From: Octopus bimaculoides | Taxonomy: Eukaryota | Direction of reading: 5' to 3' | DNA: 63,426 bases | NCBI RefSeq assembly: GCF_001194135.2 | Contig: NC_068989.1 | Span: 37,710,025-37,773,450 of the forward strand | Shown: positions 25,142 to 37,420 of the stretch, one piece after another | How positions within the stretch are numbered: the stretch's first letter is position 1 | How the letters are laid out: the number at the start of each line of letters is the position of its first letter | Notes under the pieces: model-generated | What the model was told of the DNA's origin: nothing | Databases searched by the model: none | What the model saw: the letters and a program-made list of their open reading frames with translations, nothing else | Translations under genes and position numbers: made by a program

Positions 25142-25515
25142 TATTGGTGAAATATTTCCCTCAAAACTTCTAACAAGTACAAACATAACAGGCCGGATAT
25201 TGTTGTTTGGGACTGACAAGAAAAAGTTTGTACCGTCATAGAAATTAGCTGCTCTGCTGATGTGAATATCTTTTCAAAAACATCAAAGGGAAAAGGCAAC
25301 AACTGCTTCGAAACTTCCAGCTTCTATACCCAGAATATAAATTCACATTTATATCAAGAATCACTACTGTACTAGGTTATGTGAATAAATATTTAAGTGA
25401 CAATTTGGATAAGCTGGGGTTTTCAGAAAAGAAACCAACCAGTTAATTTACACATTATGGATACAATCTGTAAGCGGAACTGTTAAAATATGCAAGATAT
25501 TTCTTTAGTTCAAAA
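25142..25515 (+). pseudogene. Decayed restriction-like endonuclease C-terminus of an R4/Dong-like LINE
   Basis: YW*NISLKTSNKYKHNRPDIVVWD*QEKVCTVIEISCSADVNI, then LLRNFQLLYPEYKF..LGYV..LDKLGF, and QSVSGTVKICKIFL. This is a PD..(D/E) RLE signature with stops and frameshifts. Confidence 0.8.
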
Positions 25516-26939
25516 TGCGAATTTTTGTTATTTACATTCCAACGATAGAGCTTTGTATCTTTGTTAGAAACCAGCTCCTTCTTTACATGAATATTTCAAG
25601 CAATTAAAAATTGAAGAGAACGCACATATATACGCAGACATACATAAAAATATGAAACGCTCAATTTCGAAGGGGTATCTCGTCAGTGGCTCGACCTATA
25701 TAGAAATAGTAGTGAAATAACTCTCAAACTACACTACTTTCTTTTAAAAGAAAGTGTGTGCATGCCACTTACACATATGCGAGTGAATGTGGATATACAG
25801 CCACCGTAAGCAGACGCGTGAATATGTACTTTTGTGTGGTGCATAATGCACATGTGCTTGACTTCATGTTTGTCTCCCCACAGAAGATGTCATACTCGGT
25901 GCATACGTTCGGGGATTTTAGCGAATTAATTCAATTGTTAAATACCAAGTGCAATAAACTTGTAGCAAGAACCTAGTTGAGATTCGAAACATAGTTTTCA
26001 GACTTGCCTAATCTAGAACCACAAACTATTTGTTCCTAATAAAAGAAAAGAGTTGAATAAAAGGTATAAACACTTACGAGAATACTATTTGACCAATGAG
26101 CACTGAGTGACTTATGAGAGAGGCGTCAATCTCTGAGGACGTGTGAAAGTTCTCTCACCAATCGTATTCTATAAAATCCTGGGTCGACACTTATTTAAAG
26201 GCGAGCTAATTCAACTTTCGAGATTTATGCGGATGGGTCATTCTATCCCGTAAAGCAGTCTGTCATCTTTCTCTCCTATTCATACATCCTAAATTCGGAG
26301 TGTTAATTAACAAATATATTCATTATATGTAGTGATTCACAATGCTCTCTACCACTTTCACAACATTAATTAATTGGATATAAACTCAGTGAGGCGGGTA
26401 AATAAAATATTTGGAAACTCAAATTTTAACGTGGTTTTATTTTTGAAGCACACAACCTACCTGACATTGAGAACAGCTAAAGAAGATAGGACCACAAATC
26501 ACACTAAAAGTAATAGAAAGTTTATTTTTTAACCAGGAGGCTCTAGTCTATCGCAAATCAATCATCAGCAACACGTTCAAGGATTTTAGTGGTAGTAGTA
26601 TAGTAGTCGTAAACTGTTATTTATACGGTCGAAAAGAGCACTCATCCACCTCAGAGACTTCGATCTCGATTTCTGTTGCTAATAAAGGAAAATTAATTAA
26701 TACGTATTTTCCTATTATTATACAGTCTGGTGATAAAGGTGGTGGTGGTGGTGATGATAGCGGTGGTAATTTTTATTGATTGCGTTATTCTATTTTATAC
26801 TACTGCAATTGGTGAACAATAGCACCGTTAGTTGCAAATTATTAACGGTCTAATCATTTGATCACTTCATTTCTGACTGTGAGAGTGGATTTGTTCCTAT
26901 TAAACTCATCAAAAAGTCCTGGCTTTACGTTGTAGGCTA

Positions 26940-27270
26940 TTGACTGTGACGGTATTGACTCTTGAAAAGAGGTACAAATCAAGATAATTACCATCTTCAT
27001 TTCTTTCAAAGCTTCGTGAAATCAAGCTTCAGAGTTACAATTCCTTTCGGTTTCCTGGTGAGCTCTATTCTTCTTCACTTTTATTCAGTAAGGTTTTTGT
27101 AATACGGTTTCTGTTAGTTTACTAAGCGGCTGTTTGTTCCTGCTTCGCTTTCATTTAATCGGTCTTCGGTTACACGGTTTCTTTTAGCTATGAGGCTGAT
27201 ATTTCTTTGTTCTTCAGTTTTAACTTCACGGTGATATTGTTTCTTTCACAATCATCTACTCTCCTATAAT
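26940..27270 (-). pseudogene. Possible Helitron/Helentron RepHel N-terminal repeat relic
   Basis: Reads KTEEQRNISLIAKRNRVTEDRLNESEAGTNSRL, then after a frameshift NRNRITKTLLNKSEEE. This is a ~21-aa reiteration resembling Helitron ExEEQRxxRL repeats. Confidence 0.3.
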
Positions 27271-27779
27271 TTCTTGGTGTTACAGCAATTTTAATGTTCA
27301 ATAAAAGTTCTAAATGCTAGATTTCTTTTCTAAATTTTTTGAAGGTTATAAAAAGGATCATATTAAGACCAACTTTTCATGGGAAGCCTAATGCTGAGTG
27401 ATAGCTATACTTCTATGGGGTCAAACCAGTTAAGTTGAAATTATAGGTTTTTAAATATTTCCGACTTGCACACGCTAATGTGATGTAAAATTACAAATTT
27501 ACATATCTTTAATGTCAGTGATTCACAAACACTGCAATTGTTTCCAGAGCACCGATAAAAATATTTTGCCGTTTGTTCCGACTCTTCACATTCTGAGGTC
27601 TAGCACTGGGATCGATGCTATCAACTAATCTCTCTAAATTGCTTGTCTTGTACCTAAATCAAAAGCATCGTCATAAAAGAGACCTGCTGTTTCATTGTCA
27701 GTTATTGACTGAGAATGCAAAGTAATAGCAGCCTTTTTCTTTTGTTTCAAAGTTTATAGCGTTTCTTTCTCTCTTTCTA

Positions 27780-27828
27780 ACATGTATACATTACATATGT
27801 AGTGGATATATATATATACATATGTAGT

Positions 27829-27862
<34 letters not shown>

Positions 27863-27990
27863 TACGTATGTCGTGGATTTATATATACATTACGTATGTA
27901 GTGGATATATATATAGTTGATATCCACTACATATCTAATGTCTATATATATACATATATATAGACATTAGATGTGTAGTGGATATCAACT
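27780..27990. repeat. Tandem TATGTAGTGGATATAT units followed by a 76-nt near-perfect palindrome
   Basis: Arms 27915-27951 and 27954-27990 are reverse complements except for one T/G pair. Confidence 0.9.
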
Positions 27991-28023
27991 CATGACTGAA
28001 TAAAGCCACATCTTAAACACAGT

Positions 28024-28200
28024 AAGTCGGTGCAAAAGTTCCGAGTGTCCAAGAAATTCTGATGCGTGAATTTGAACCCATTTCTTTAGAGCAATCAACT
28101 ATAAAACCAGTGGCACAACATAAGTAAAGACAACTCAGAACCACATGCAATTCAGGTTTTTGTATGAGTTTACCTTCGCCTAGAAGAAAGTGCTAACAAA
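28024..28200 (+). mobile_element. Possible mariner 5' remnant (cecropia/Hsmar1-like)
   Basis: TAAGTCGGTGCAAAAGT resembles the TAGGTTGGTGCAAAAGT TIR. Downstream FRFLYEF resembles FLFEFK. Confidence 0.35.
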
Positions 28201-28469
28201 AACTGGCGTAGGGGGTCCCTTCACTCCCAGTAGTTCACATGCTAGTTAACCCATAGCTAGAACCCTCTTCTGGGTCAGTGTACACCTGGAAACAATACTG
28301 ACTAAGAGGTGGTTTCACACACCTTAATCCCTAGACCACAACTGTAACTATCACCATTAGTACAATCACCACCACAGTCAGTTGACCTGTTGACTACATC
28401 AATACAAATAAATAAATAAATAAATATATATATAAAATAGCGAACCTATCAGTGATTAAACCAAAACAC

Positions 28470-28697
28470 CAGGCTGGGATGAACACCACTAAACATATAC
28501 ATGAAGTGAACAGTAACTGTAGCTCGTTTACAGAGTTCACGTTGCTAATTTCCGCTGTGTCTTAACACAAACATCTGTAGGCATACAGAAACATTGTGGG
28601 TACTGAGAGCGTAGAATATGGCCATCTCATACAATCAAATATTGCCAGTCAGAAAATGAAGTATAATCACCAACATAGTTTCATATCTGGGGGCTAG
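28470..28697 (+). repeat. Unclassified interspersed repeat (family E); inverted partner at 41445-41720
   Basis: Shared blocks CAGGCTGGGATGAACA, CGTTGCTAATTTCCGC, AGAAACATTGTRGGTACTGAGAG and GTCAGAAAATGMAGTATAATCACCAAC. Confidence 0.8.
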
Positions 28698-28980
28698 TTC
28701 GCTTCACCAACCCGTACGGGTAACAGCTTCAATAAAGCTGCAAAGGAATGTCAGCCTTTGGATATATAGATATTGCAGTTGATTTAATCAACTAAATGTA
28801 CATAACTGCTACCTCAAAGGACACTAGGACACTTATCCTGAGGAAACACGTGTCGGCTTGGAATTTGACGAGAATAGTACTTTAATAAATAAATTTCGAA
28901 GACGTATAATTCTCCATTCCTCTTTATGATGTCTTGATTATATCTGTCTGTCTGTCTGTATGTCTGTCTATCTGTGTATG

Positions 28981-29042
<62 letters not shown>

Positions 29043-29835
29043 AATGTGTGTGTATATATAATATAATATATATACACACACACACACACGTGTGTGTGTG
29101 TATCATCCCTTCTTTCACACTTGTTTTACGTTTATTCTTTCTTTCTTTCTCTTTTCTTTATTCTCTCACACGGTCTTTCGCTTTCTTACCCGTCAATCCT
29201 CTTTATCACCCGCTAACCTTCTTCCATCAAAGACTTAACACGCACACTTTCTCAGTGATACTGTTGCCTTTCCGTACCTTCTCCACCTATTTCACCTCTG
29301 TTCTTATCCTTTCCTCTACCTGTGCGTGCAGCTGTGCATTACAAATCTTATTGATTGGTTTTCTCAGATTTTTCCTATTAAAAAATTATTTAAACCCAAC
29401 ACCGAAACAAAGACAACACATGAAAACAAATATGATCTCCAGGTCAAATTACCCCAGTATGCCAAATTTCTTTATTGTTGGTAACCTCCACTGGGTTTCT
29501 ATCGGAGAGAGAGAGAAAGAGGAGGGGCAGACAGACGTAAGGAGACAGAGAAAGAAAAGGGAAGAACGATAGCGCAAATTTGTGTAGGATTACTGTTTTG
29601 GTTTTAAAGGATTATGCCGTTCTATCACTAGGTTTTTTAAAGACCTCGTCTGCAGAGGGTTTTAAATTAGAATGAGAGTAAAATTTGGCCCTCGAGGGGA
29701 AATTTTTGCGAGGATATTCTTCACTTCTGGCGTAGAAGATTCTTTGCTGGCTTGTGAAACAATAGTGAATGCATTTTCATATTTGCTCTTTCTATATGGT
29801 ATATCTTGAGTACGTTTCGCTGTCGTATGTATGTA

Positions 29836-30015
29836 TGTATTAAGGAGGGAGATAATTTCGAAAAATCACGCATTTTTCATGTAGAATTTAAGCGAGCTGT
29901 TCGAAAACGCACCACCAGTGTAGTAAATGAGAGCAGCTTGGTCTGCAATATCTGCGGGTGTGCATTTTTATCAAACAATTATAAATCAGGATTGACAAAA
30001 TCGTAAAAGCATTGA
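29836..30015 (+). pseudogene. 3'-terminal coding fragment of an RTE-type LINE
   Basis: IKEGDNFEKSRIFHVEFKRAVRKR..SLVCNICGCAFLS..KSGL matches the RTE C-terminal FExxR..KRxxRK..CxxCG..SxxGL pattern. Confidence 0.6.
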
Positions 30016-30632
30016 ACAAAACGCCTGAAGTAGTTAGTTACGCCCATTTAATTCTTCGTTGAAATCCATCTAAATTTCGACTTTGCCTTTCTTTCTTGTC
30101 AGCAAAGTGCTGAAGTCCTCATGATGCATCATAGATATGAATGGAACTAAAAAAAAGGAAAAGAACTCTACTAGAGGCAATAAGCCCGTAAATTAATAGC
30201 TGATTAGCTATTTTGTCGATAGGATGAAAGACAAATTCGCCTCCGGAGACATTTGAACTTATGATGTAATGAGAACGTAACCAACCACTCCAAGACGTTT
30301 CGAACCAAGGAGAGAGCTTCTTTGTGATTGCTTAGCGTTCAAGAAATAGCAGCAAAATTTCCCGCCTTAAAAAAGAAAAGGACATATTGGATAAGACACT
30401 TTGTATGGAAAAGGAATAGGAGGGGTTGCCTTTGCAAGAATGTCTTTGATCATTGGTTTGTTCAATTAAGGCCGATCTGGGGCGAAACAAAGACAAATAC
30501 CAAAAAGTTTTGAGTTTAATATTCTGCCATTTCTCTCTCTCTATTGCCTTTTATTGTCGTCATCATCATCTTCATCATCGTCGGTATTAATTTATCATTT
30601 CGACATTAACTTACAAGCTTACAGGAAATATA

Positions 30633-30668
<36 letters not shown>

Positions 30669-30839
30669 TTACAAATTAAAAGGGTAAAGGTTTATCAATT
30701 TATGTGGTGAAGCAAATATTTGCTGATCCCTTAATTATGNNNNNNNNNNNNNNNNNNNNNNNNNNNNNNNNNNNNNNNNNNNNNNNNNNNNNNNNNNNNN
30801 NNNNNNNNNNNNNNNNNNNNNNNNNNNNNNNNTATATAT

Positions 30840-30870
<31 letters not shown>

Positions 30871-30899
30871 GTCGTTTGAATCGATCAGAGTATATTATT

Positions 30900-31116
30900 C
30901 TTTTCTACTCTAGGCACAAGTACCGAAATTTTGGGGGTAGGGGGGGAGTCGATTAGATCGACCCAGTACGCAACTGGTACTTAATTTATCGACCCCGAAA
31001 AGATGAAAGGTAAAGCCGGCATCGGCGGAATTTGAACTCAGAACGTAAAGACAGACGAAACACCACTAAGCATTTCGCCCGGCCTGCTAACGATTCTGCC
31101 AGCTCACCGCCTTGAC
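30900..31116 (-). mobile_element. SINE family B with intact TSD
   Basis: 14-bp TSD CAGAGTATATTATT at 30886-30899 and 31117-31130. Central domain TTTATCGACCCCGAAAAGATGAAAGG. Confidence 0.92.
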
Positions 31117-32904
31117 CAGAGTATATTATTGCTACTTATTCTAACGTCCCCATCCCAACAGGGTTTGATCTCAGAACATGAAGTATCGTAACTATATATT
31201 GCAAAGCATTTAGTATGTCAATCTACCCCTATTACTTTTGACACTCTACCACCCCTGTCTTCATCGATACCTCTACATCTAGCATCATCAACAGAATCAT
31301 TATCAGTACCATACTATCATTTCGTATTACTACCATTTCCAGTTAACTCCAACTACCACAGCGACCACCACACCATCACCCTCTACCTTTCTGTCATCAC
31401 CATCACCAGCGTTGTTAAATCTACTACTACTACTACTACTACGATCCGACACATTTGTGTTATTCATATACGTTTTTAAATGTATCTTTCATTGAATATT
31501 TTCTGTAATCTGTCGCATAGATAACCAGTTAATCAATCACTAAAATCTGCTGTTGCTTGTTCTGCTGTTGTTGCTGCTGCTGCTCTTCGCCTCCGCATTC
31601 TCTCTGTTTCTCTTCTTAAACATTCTTAAGCAAAATTCGATTGTTAAAGTAGAGGGTGGGTGTCGGTTTTCTTCAATAAATGGTTGTTGAGAAGAAAGAC
31701 TTTCAGTAAAATATTTTGATGCTTGGAAATTATTCGTAAAATAAATTTTGCAAGGTTGTTAGTATTAGATCAGTTGATATCTCTCACTTGCAAGATATTT
31801 TACAAATTTAGGTCAGCACGAAATTCAAAAAGAAAAATCGTTTTTAATCCCCACAAGTCCACTAATTAGAGTAAATGGACGTTCATGGAGAAAAACACGA
31901 CTGGAACGAAACACTGGGCAGTGATTTCGTTGAAGACTAATAATACATTTTTCAAACAGATAATTTCTTAGAAGATCAGTGTTCTATATCATGCATACCT
32001 TTTTCTGGGAAAGAAACGAAGCTCGATCACTGATTTGGTTAGCCAGGAACTTACCTTTTATCATATTTCTAAATCATTATTTGATAGTATACACAAAATG
32101 AAGTGAATAAAGCATAACACAACAAAATCATAACTTCGAAGCTACAGCGTACAGTTCGTTGTCTATGCTGAATATTTAATTCTATATTCCTCATTCCACC
32201 TATCTGTTTGAAATATCTTCTAGGAATGTTATCTTTGATAGATTGATAGGTATCTCTGATTTGTTTGAATACCACCTGAAGCATTAACTTTCTCAACGTT
32301 CGTACTCAAATTTTAGCATCCTTTTTGTACACTCCCCTCCCAACTAATTCACTGACCCTCACATGCCACATGTCTTTCGCCCCATCTATCATTCTCTTCA
32401 TCAGGATCCACCATACTGTTTCTTCATTTCAATTCCTTCTTCTTGAATCTGTCTATCACTGAAGAGACAACACAACTTTCTGTCTCTTCCTTCTTCTCAA
32501 ACAAATGAAAATTGTCTGAAACCTTAAATTCTTTACGCCTTATGGCAATAGAATTTATCGAAACTGAAGATGGATCTTCAGTTTCTTCGGTTCCTGATTT
32601 TTGCCTGTTTGTGAAGTGACAGACATTATGGAGATAACTGCCTTAAAATTGGGTTAATAACCAGCGTTTATAAGGCCTACAGGGGTTCTTCGATACATTT
32701 ACACATCTCATTTCCTCTTGCAATTCATTGAAAGTTTCCGAAAAACATCAGAATGTGACACAATGTACGTCAAAATGTAAATAGAAAGCTCAATAAATGC
32801 AACTTATTGCCAATGTAGAAAGCATTCTCTGTCATAATATGTTTAAATTGTATGTGAAGTGTGGCAACCCTATCTACTAAACTATTTTCTATCCAGACTG
32901 AATA

Positions 32905-33302
32905 TTGGTTTCAAATGTTTGGCGCAACGCCAACAAATTCGTGGGAGGGGATAAGTCGATTACATCGACCGCAGTGCTCAGCTGGTACTTATATTATCGA
33001 CTCCGAAATGATGAGAAGCAAAGTTGACCCTAGCGGAAGAGAAGACAGACGAAACGCCGCTAAGCATTTTGCCCGACGTGCTTAACGATTCTTTTCTACT
33101 ATAGGTACAAGGCCTGAAATTTGGTGGGAGGGAGCCAGTCAATTTGATCGACCCCCAGTACACAACTTAATTTATCGACCCCGAAAGGATGAAAGGCAAA
33201 GTTGATCTCAGCGGAATGTGAACTCAGAACGGAGCGACGGGGGCGAAATGCTGCTAAGCACTTTGACCGGCGTGCTAACGATTCTGCCAGCTTGCTGCCT
33301 TA
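32905..33302 (-). mobile_element. Two tandem family B SINEs with different 3' tails
   Basis: Copy 32905-33090 has tail ..CAAACATTTGAAACCAA. Copy 33090-33302 has tail ..AAATTTCAGGCCTTGTACC. Confidence 0.85.
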
Positions 33303-34801
33303 TCTAGACTAAATAATAACGTCACAATATCACTGATATCTTTATTAATAAACTGGACGAGAGTATTCTCATCAAAAACATTGAGTATGTCTCCAATCAG
33401 TGGGAAGTATTTTTCTACTGCCAGAGGAGTATCGGGAATGCAGAAAATACTTTCTAATATTGCAAAGCCTGTAAGATTCTAACCTTTTAAATATGCAACA
33501 GAATCTGCTTCCTTGCCAAGAATATCTCAGTCAACCGGACAGAATCCTTCTACACATCACTCTTCAACTAAGGTTATATCACTTCTAGAAAAAAAAAATC
33601 AGTATTTACTCATTATATTGTTTCCAACTCCACACTATAAAGGCAATACTATCTTCCACGTTACTAATCTCACCGCTCTGTACACACAGTCAACAGGTCT
33701 GTAAAGGTCTCCAATCACAACCACCTAATATGGAGTCCTTGTTCCATCTAGAACTCTTAACTGTCACCGCCAAACTCTTCGATCTTTCCCTTTCTACATG
33801 GAAATTTCCCACTCCGTGGAAACATTCGACATTGTTTTACAACTAAGAAAGGAAATCTTTTCGATTTTGTTAGCTATTGATCAGTTTCATTCACTTGACT
33901 ACCTAACACGTGATGATGAGTGTTATAAACAACAATGAGCTTCATACTTTCAAGTCTCCTCCACATGACTATTGATGAATTTTTCTGATGAGCTATATCC
34001 ACTGTAAACTACTTACCCTTTTACATCATGCATCACCGGTCACTTGTCGTAGAGAAGTTCGGTGAAAACGCAGTTAACATTGTTTTGGTCGAATTTCTCA
34101 AGTTAACATTACCAAAACATATGAGTACTTCTGTTACGAGAATCTTCTAATCTACATTTCTCATCTACAGGATCTAACTCTCGTTTTACAGCCCGTTCTA
34201 TAGCAGCAATAGTAGGGCTCTCACCAATCTACATACCAACTGTGGTATACTTGAAGGTTCGTTTATGCATTTCAGTTTTCCCTCTTGCTGATGTTTCTAC
34301 TCCAAACGCTTTATTAGTCTTAAACAGAACCGTCTTCCATAAGCAATTTGGTGCACAGTTCACTAGACTTTCACTATTTCCATCAAAAACATTTTTCAAC
34401 GTGGCAACCTAGTTCCTTACAACACTAAGATGTGAAGAAAAAGGAAAAAGAAAAAGAGTATAATGGCCATTTTACACTAGATACATAAATGATTCATTTG
34501 TCAGGAAATTTACACGTTCTTAGAACTAATCTGTCTCTCGGTTTAACACTTCGATCTTTCAGTCCCTTGAGTGCAAACGTTCAGATCAGATTTCCTATAT
34601 GAACATAACGCACTACGTTGAGCTACCTCTTACTACAGCTAACGAAGAAGCCTTCACCTGGTTGTTCAACCTACAAGAAATAGCATCCGATTGTCTTGGG
34701 ATAGGAAAAGACGTACTGGATAATGCCTGTGGTCCGAAAGTGTGAAAAGACAGAATATTCATGGTTCCAATGTTTTTCATTATATGTCTGTTCTATCAAG
34801 A

Positions 34802-35985
34802 ACTAGCAGTATAACCCGGCGCTGCTCGGGATTAAGCTAGGATTATTAAATGATTAAGTCCTTTATTTCAAACCAAAATAAGTAACATCGACTTCAGATT
34901 TGAGCGAAATCCGTTGAAATTGGTTTGGCTGAAAATGGTTTGCTGGCAATTTGATTGGGAAATCCCATAAGGAATCAGTTTATTGGTTATTTTCACTTAT
35001 TGACTCTTTTTTTTTAATGTTGCATTAGAGATCTGCATAGGAGAAGGTTGATCTGAAGGTTTGCATTGNNNNNNNNNNNNNNNNNNNNNNNNNNNNNNNN
35101 NNNNNNNNNNNNNNNNNNNNNNNNNNNNNNNNNNNNNNNNNNNNNNNNNNNNNNNNNNNNNNNNNNNNNNNNNNNNNNNNNNNNNNNNNNNTCCCAAAGT
35201 AGTATATGTGCGTATGTGTGAGAGTGAAAGGGGGGAGAAAGATGAACGATTTAAAATAAATAAATGATTTAAAATAAATATATTTTAATTGTTATGTGAG
35301 AAAGTATATATAATCTTATTATAGAATATAGTGTCTTTCAAAAACATCTTATATTTGAAACTATATCTCATGTTTAAGAAAAGAAAATGCATTTTACTCT
35401 GTCTTCCTTAGCTACATTTTCTTTTGTAATACGCTTTGTCTCCCTCTTCCACTTGTTCGTTCCTTTTTTTTTTTTTTGATAGACGCTGTCTTGGTGAGAG
35501 GAATTTTTTTCCTTAGCCGCTTTGTCTCCCTCTTCCACTTTTTCATTTTTTTTTTTAGACGCTTGGCAAACACTCTGTTTCTGATCCTTGTCACAAACAC
35601 ACTATTTCTTTCTTTCTCTCTTTTTTCTTTCTCTCTTTTTTCTTTCTCTCTCTCTTTCTTTCTTTCTCTCTCTCTTTCTTTCTTTCTCCCTCCCTTTCTT
35701 TATTTCTTTCTTTCTTTCTTTCTTTCTCTCTCTCTTGCTCTCTCTCTCCTTCACGCGCGTACGCACAGATTTGACTTCGCCATGTCAACAAACTTCAAAA
35801 TTGGTAAAAGTTTATCGATTTTTACAGCTATACGCGGGTGCCTCTGTGAGAAAAAGTTGACAAAAACACAGATAGGGTCATGAACAATGTCCTCCTAAAA
35901 TTGGAGCGACATGTGTGCTAATTTGTGGACGTGCATAACCCACGTTCACGTACACACACACACAAACATCTTCTGTTTTATAGAT
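34802..35985 (+). mobile_element. Second HINE-like element (contains an assembly gap)
   Basis: 5' ACTAGCAGTATAACCCGGCGCTGCTCGGG hairpin; 3' CACACACAAACATCTTCTGTTTTATAGAT; internal CT-rich tract. Confidence 0.55.
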
Positions 35986-37269
35986 ATTGTTAACTTGGAG
36001 CTGAACTGCAACAATAACCAAAACCTATGAACCGTAGTTTCTCTCCCACTATTAATCTCGGAGATTTTGCACTAATGTCATAGGTGAAACTTCCACTTCT
36101 TACCCATAAAAATAAAAACAACAAATATTTAATAACGGCCTCTACAGCTGAAATTAATATTAATTGCTGTTACCACAGGTCATCCCTTGTTTATGGTCAA
36201 AAGATATCTTAGCCGTGACCATCAGTACAAGACCTCATACATCATGAAGACTCAATGAAATTAACTGCAGTACTAGACCCCGAAGGACGAAAGGTGAAGT
36301 CATCCTCAAGTTATTTGAATACAGAGTGTAATACATTGCAAGTTATTTAAATGGACAAAGGTTCTATAATAATGGAAATTTCTAACATTGACACAATCAT
36401 AAATTTATGGCTTGGGGGACTTTTAACTTTTATCGACTCTGTTATAGCCACCCTCGGTAGGGTTTGAACTCGGAATCTAAATGGATGCAACTAGATAGTG
36501 TAAGACAGTTTGTCAGGTGCACCACTTGTCCTTTTAAATAAAAACAATCAGACCAACGAAGACAATCGACCTGCTCGAAAACAGTAGCCAAATCTCGAAC
36601 ATAAAAAAAAATTACAAATTACTTTGTGCAACAAAAGTTGAATCCTATTTTTTTTTGTTAGTAATTTATACTTTATCGCATAGCCTTGGAAGAACTTTCT
36701 GGACTCACAGCTATATTTAACCATTCTTATAGTATCTTGAACTATGTGCTCAGTTTCCCTTGATGCATTAATGTCTGCTTACATTTGGAGAACTGTAACA
36801 AACTGGAACATCAGAACCTCGTCTCTGACGCTTGGAAGATTTCGTGGACTTTGCTATATTTCATGTTACAAGTTCCAATTCCAGATATATGTAAGTTTTA
36901 GACATAATGAAATTATCACTGAGACATGAAATTAATGAATAGAGAATGCAATTATGTATGCATATTATGACTAATGAAATATTTTACATAATATAAGAGA
37001 AACAAGCGTGCGTAAAGCTGAACCAAGTATTACTGCCCTAAATCAAATTAATATAATTTATTCTTGCCATGCACTGATACTGTCTGTTGTGATATAAACA
37101 CACATCTAATTGCTTCATGAACTTCTGATAATATACAACCACCTCAAAATATCTGTATTGAATTTACGATAGTCTAGTAGTGGGCCACTGGTATTATGTA
37201 TTGCAAAGCCATGTTTAAGTTTCTTTACATTTTTTATTATGAGGTCGTTATACTCTATTATTAAGAGTA

Positions 37270-37420
37270 ATTTGAGTTCAAATTTGCCGAGGCTGCCTTT
37301 GAATTTCATCCTTTCGGAGTCGATAAAATAAGTCCCTGTTAATCACAGGTAATCAACTTAACCCCTCCCCGAAATTGCCGGTCTTGTGTCAAAATTCGAA
37401 ACCATTATTAGGTTTTATCA
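37270..37420 (+). mobile_element. SINE family B (5'-truncated)
   Basis: GAGTTCAAATTTGCCGAGG..CATCCTTTCGGAGTCGATAAAATAAG, with tail GAAATTGCCGGTCTTGTGTCAAAATTCGAAACC. Confidence 0.8.

Noticed and set aside
28655-28697. QHSFISG resembling the CR1 RT QHGF motif
   Set aside because: It lies within the family E repeat, the partner copy does not keep the frame, and the flanking RT motifs are absent.
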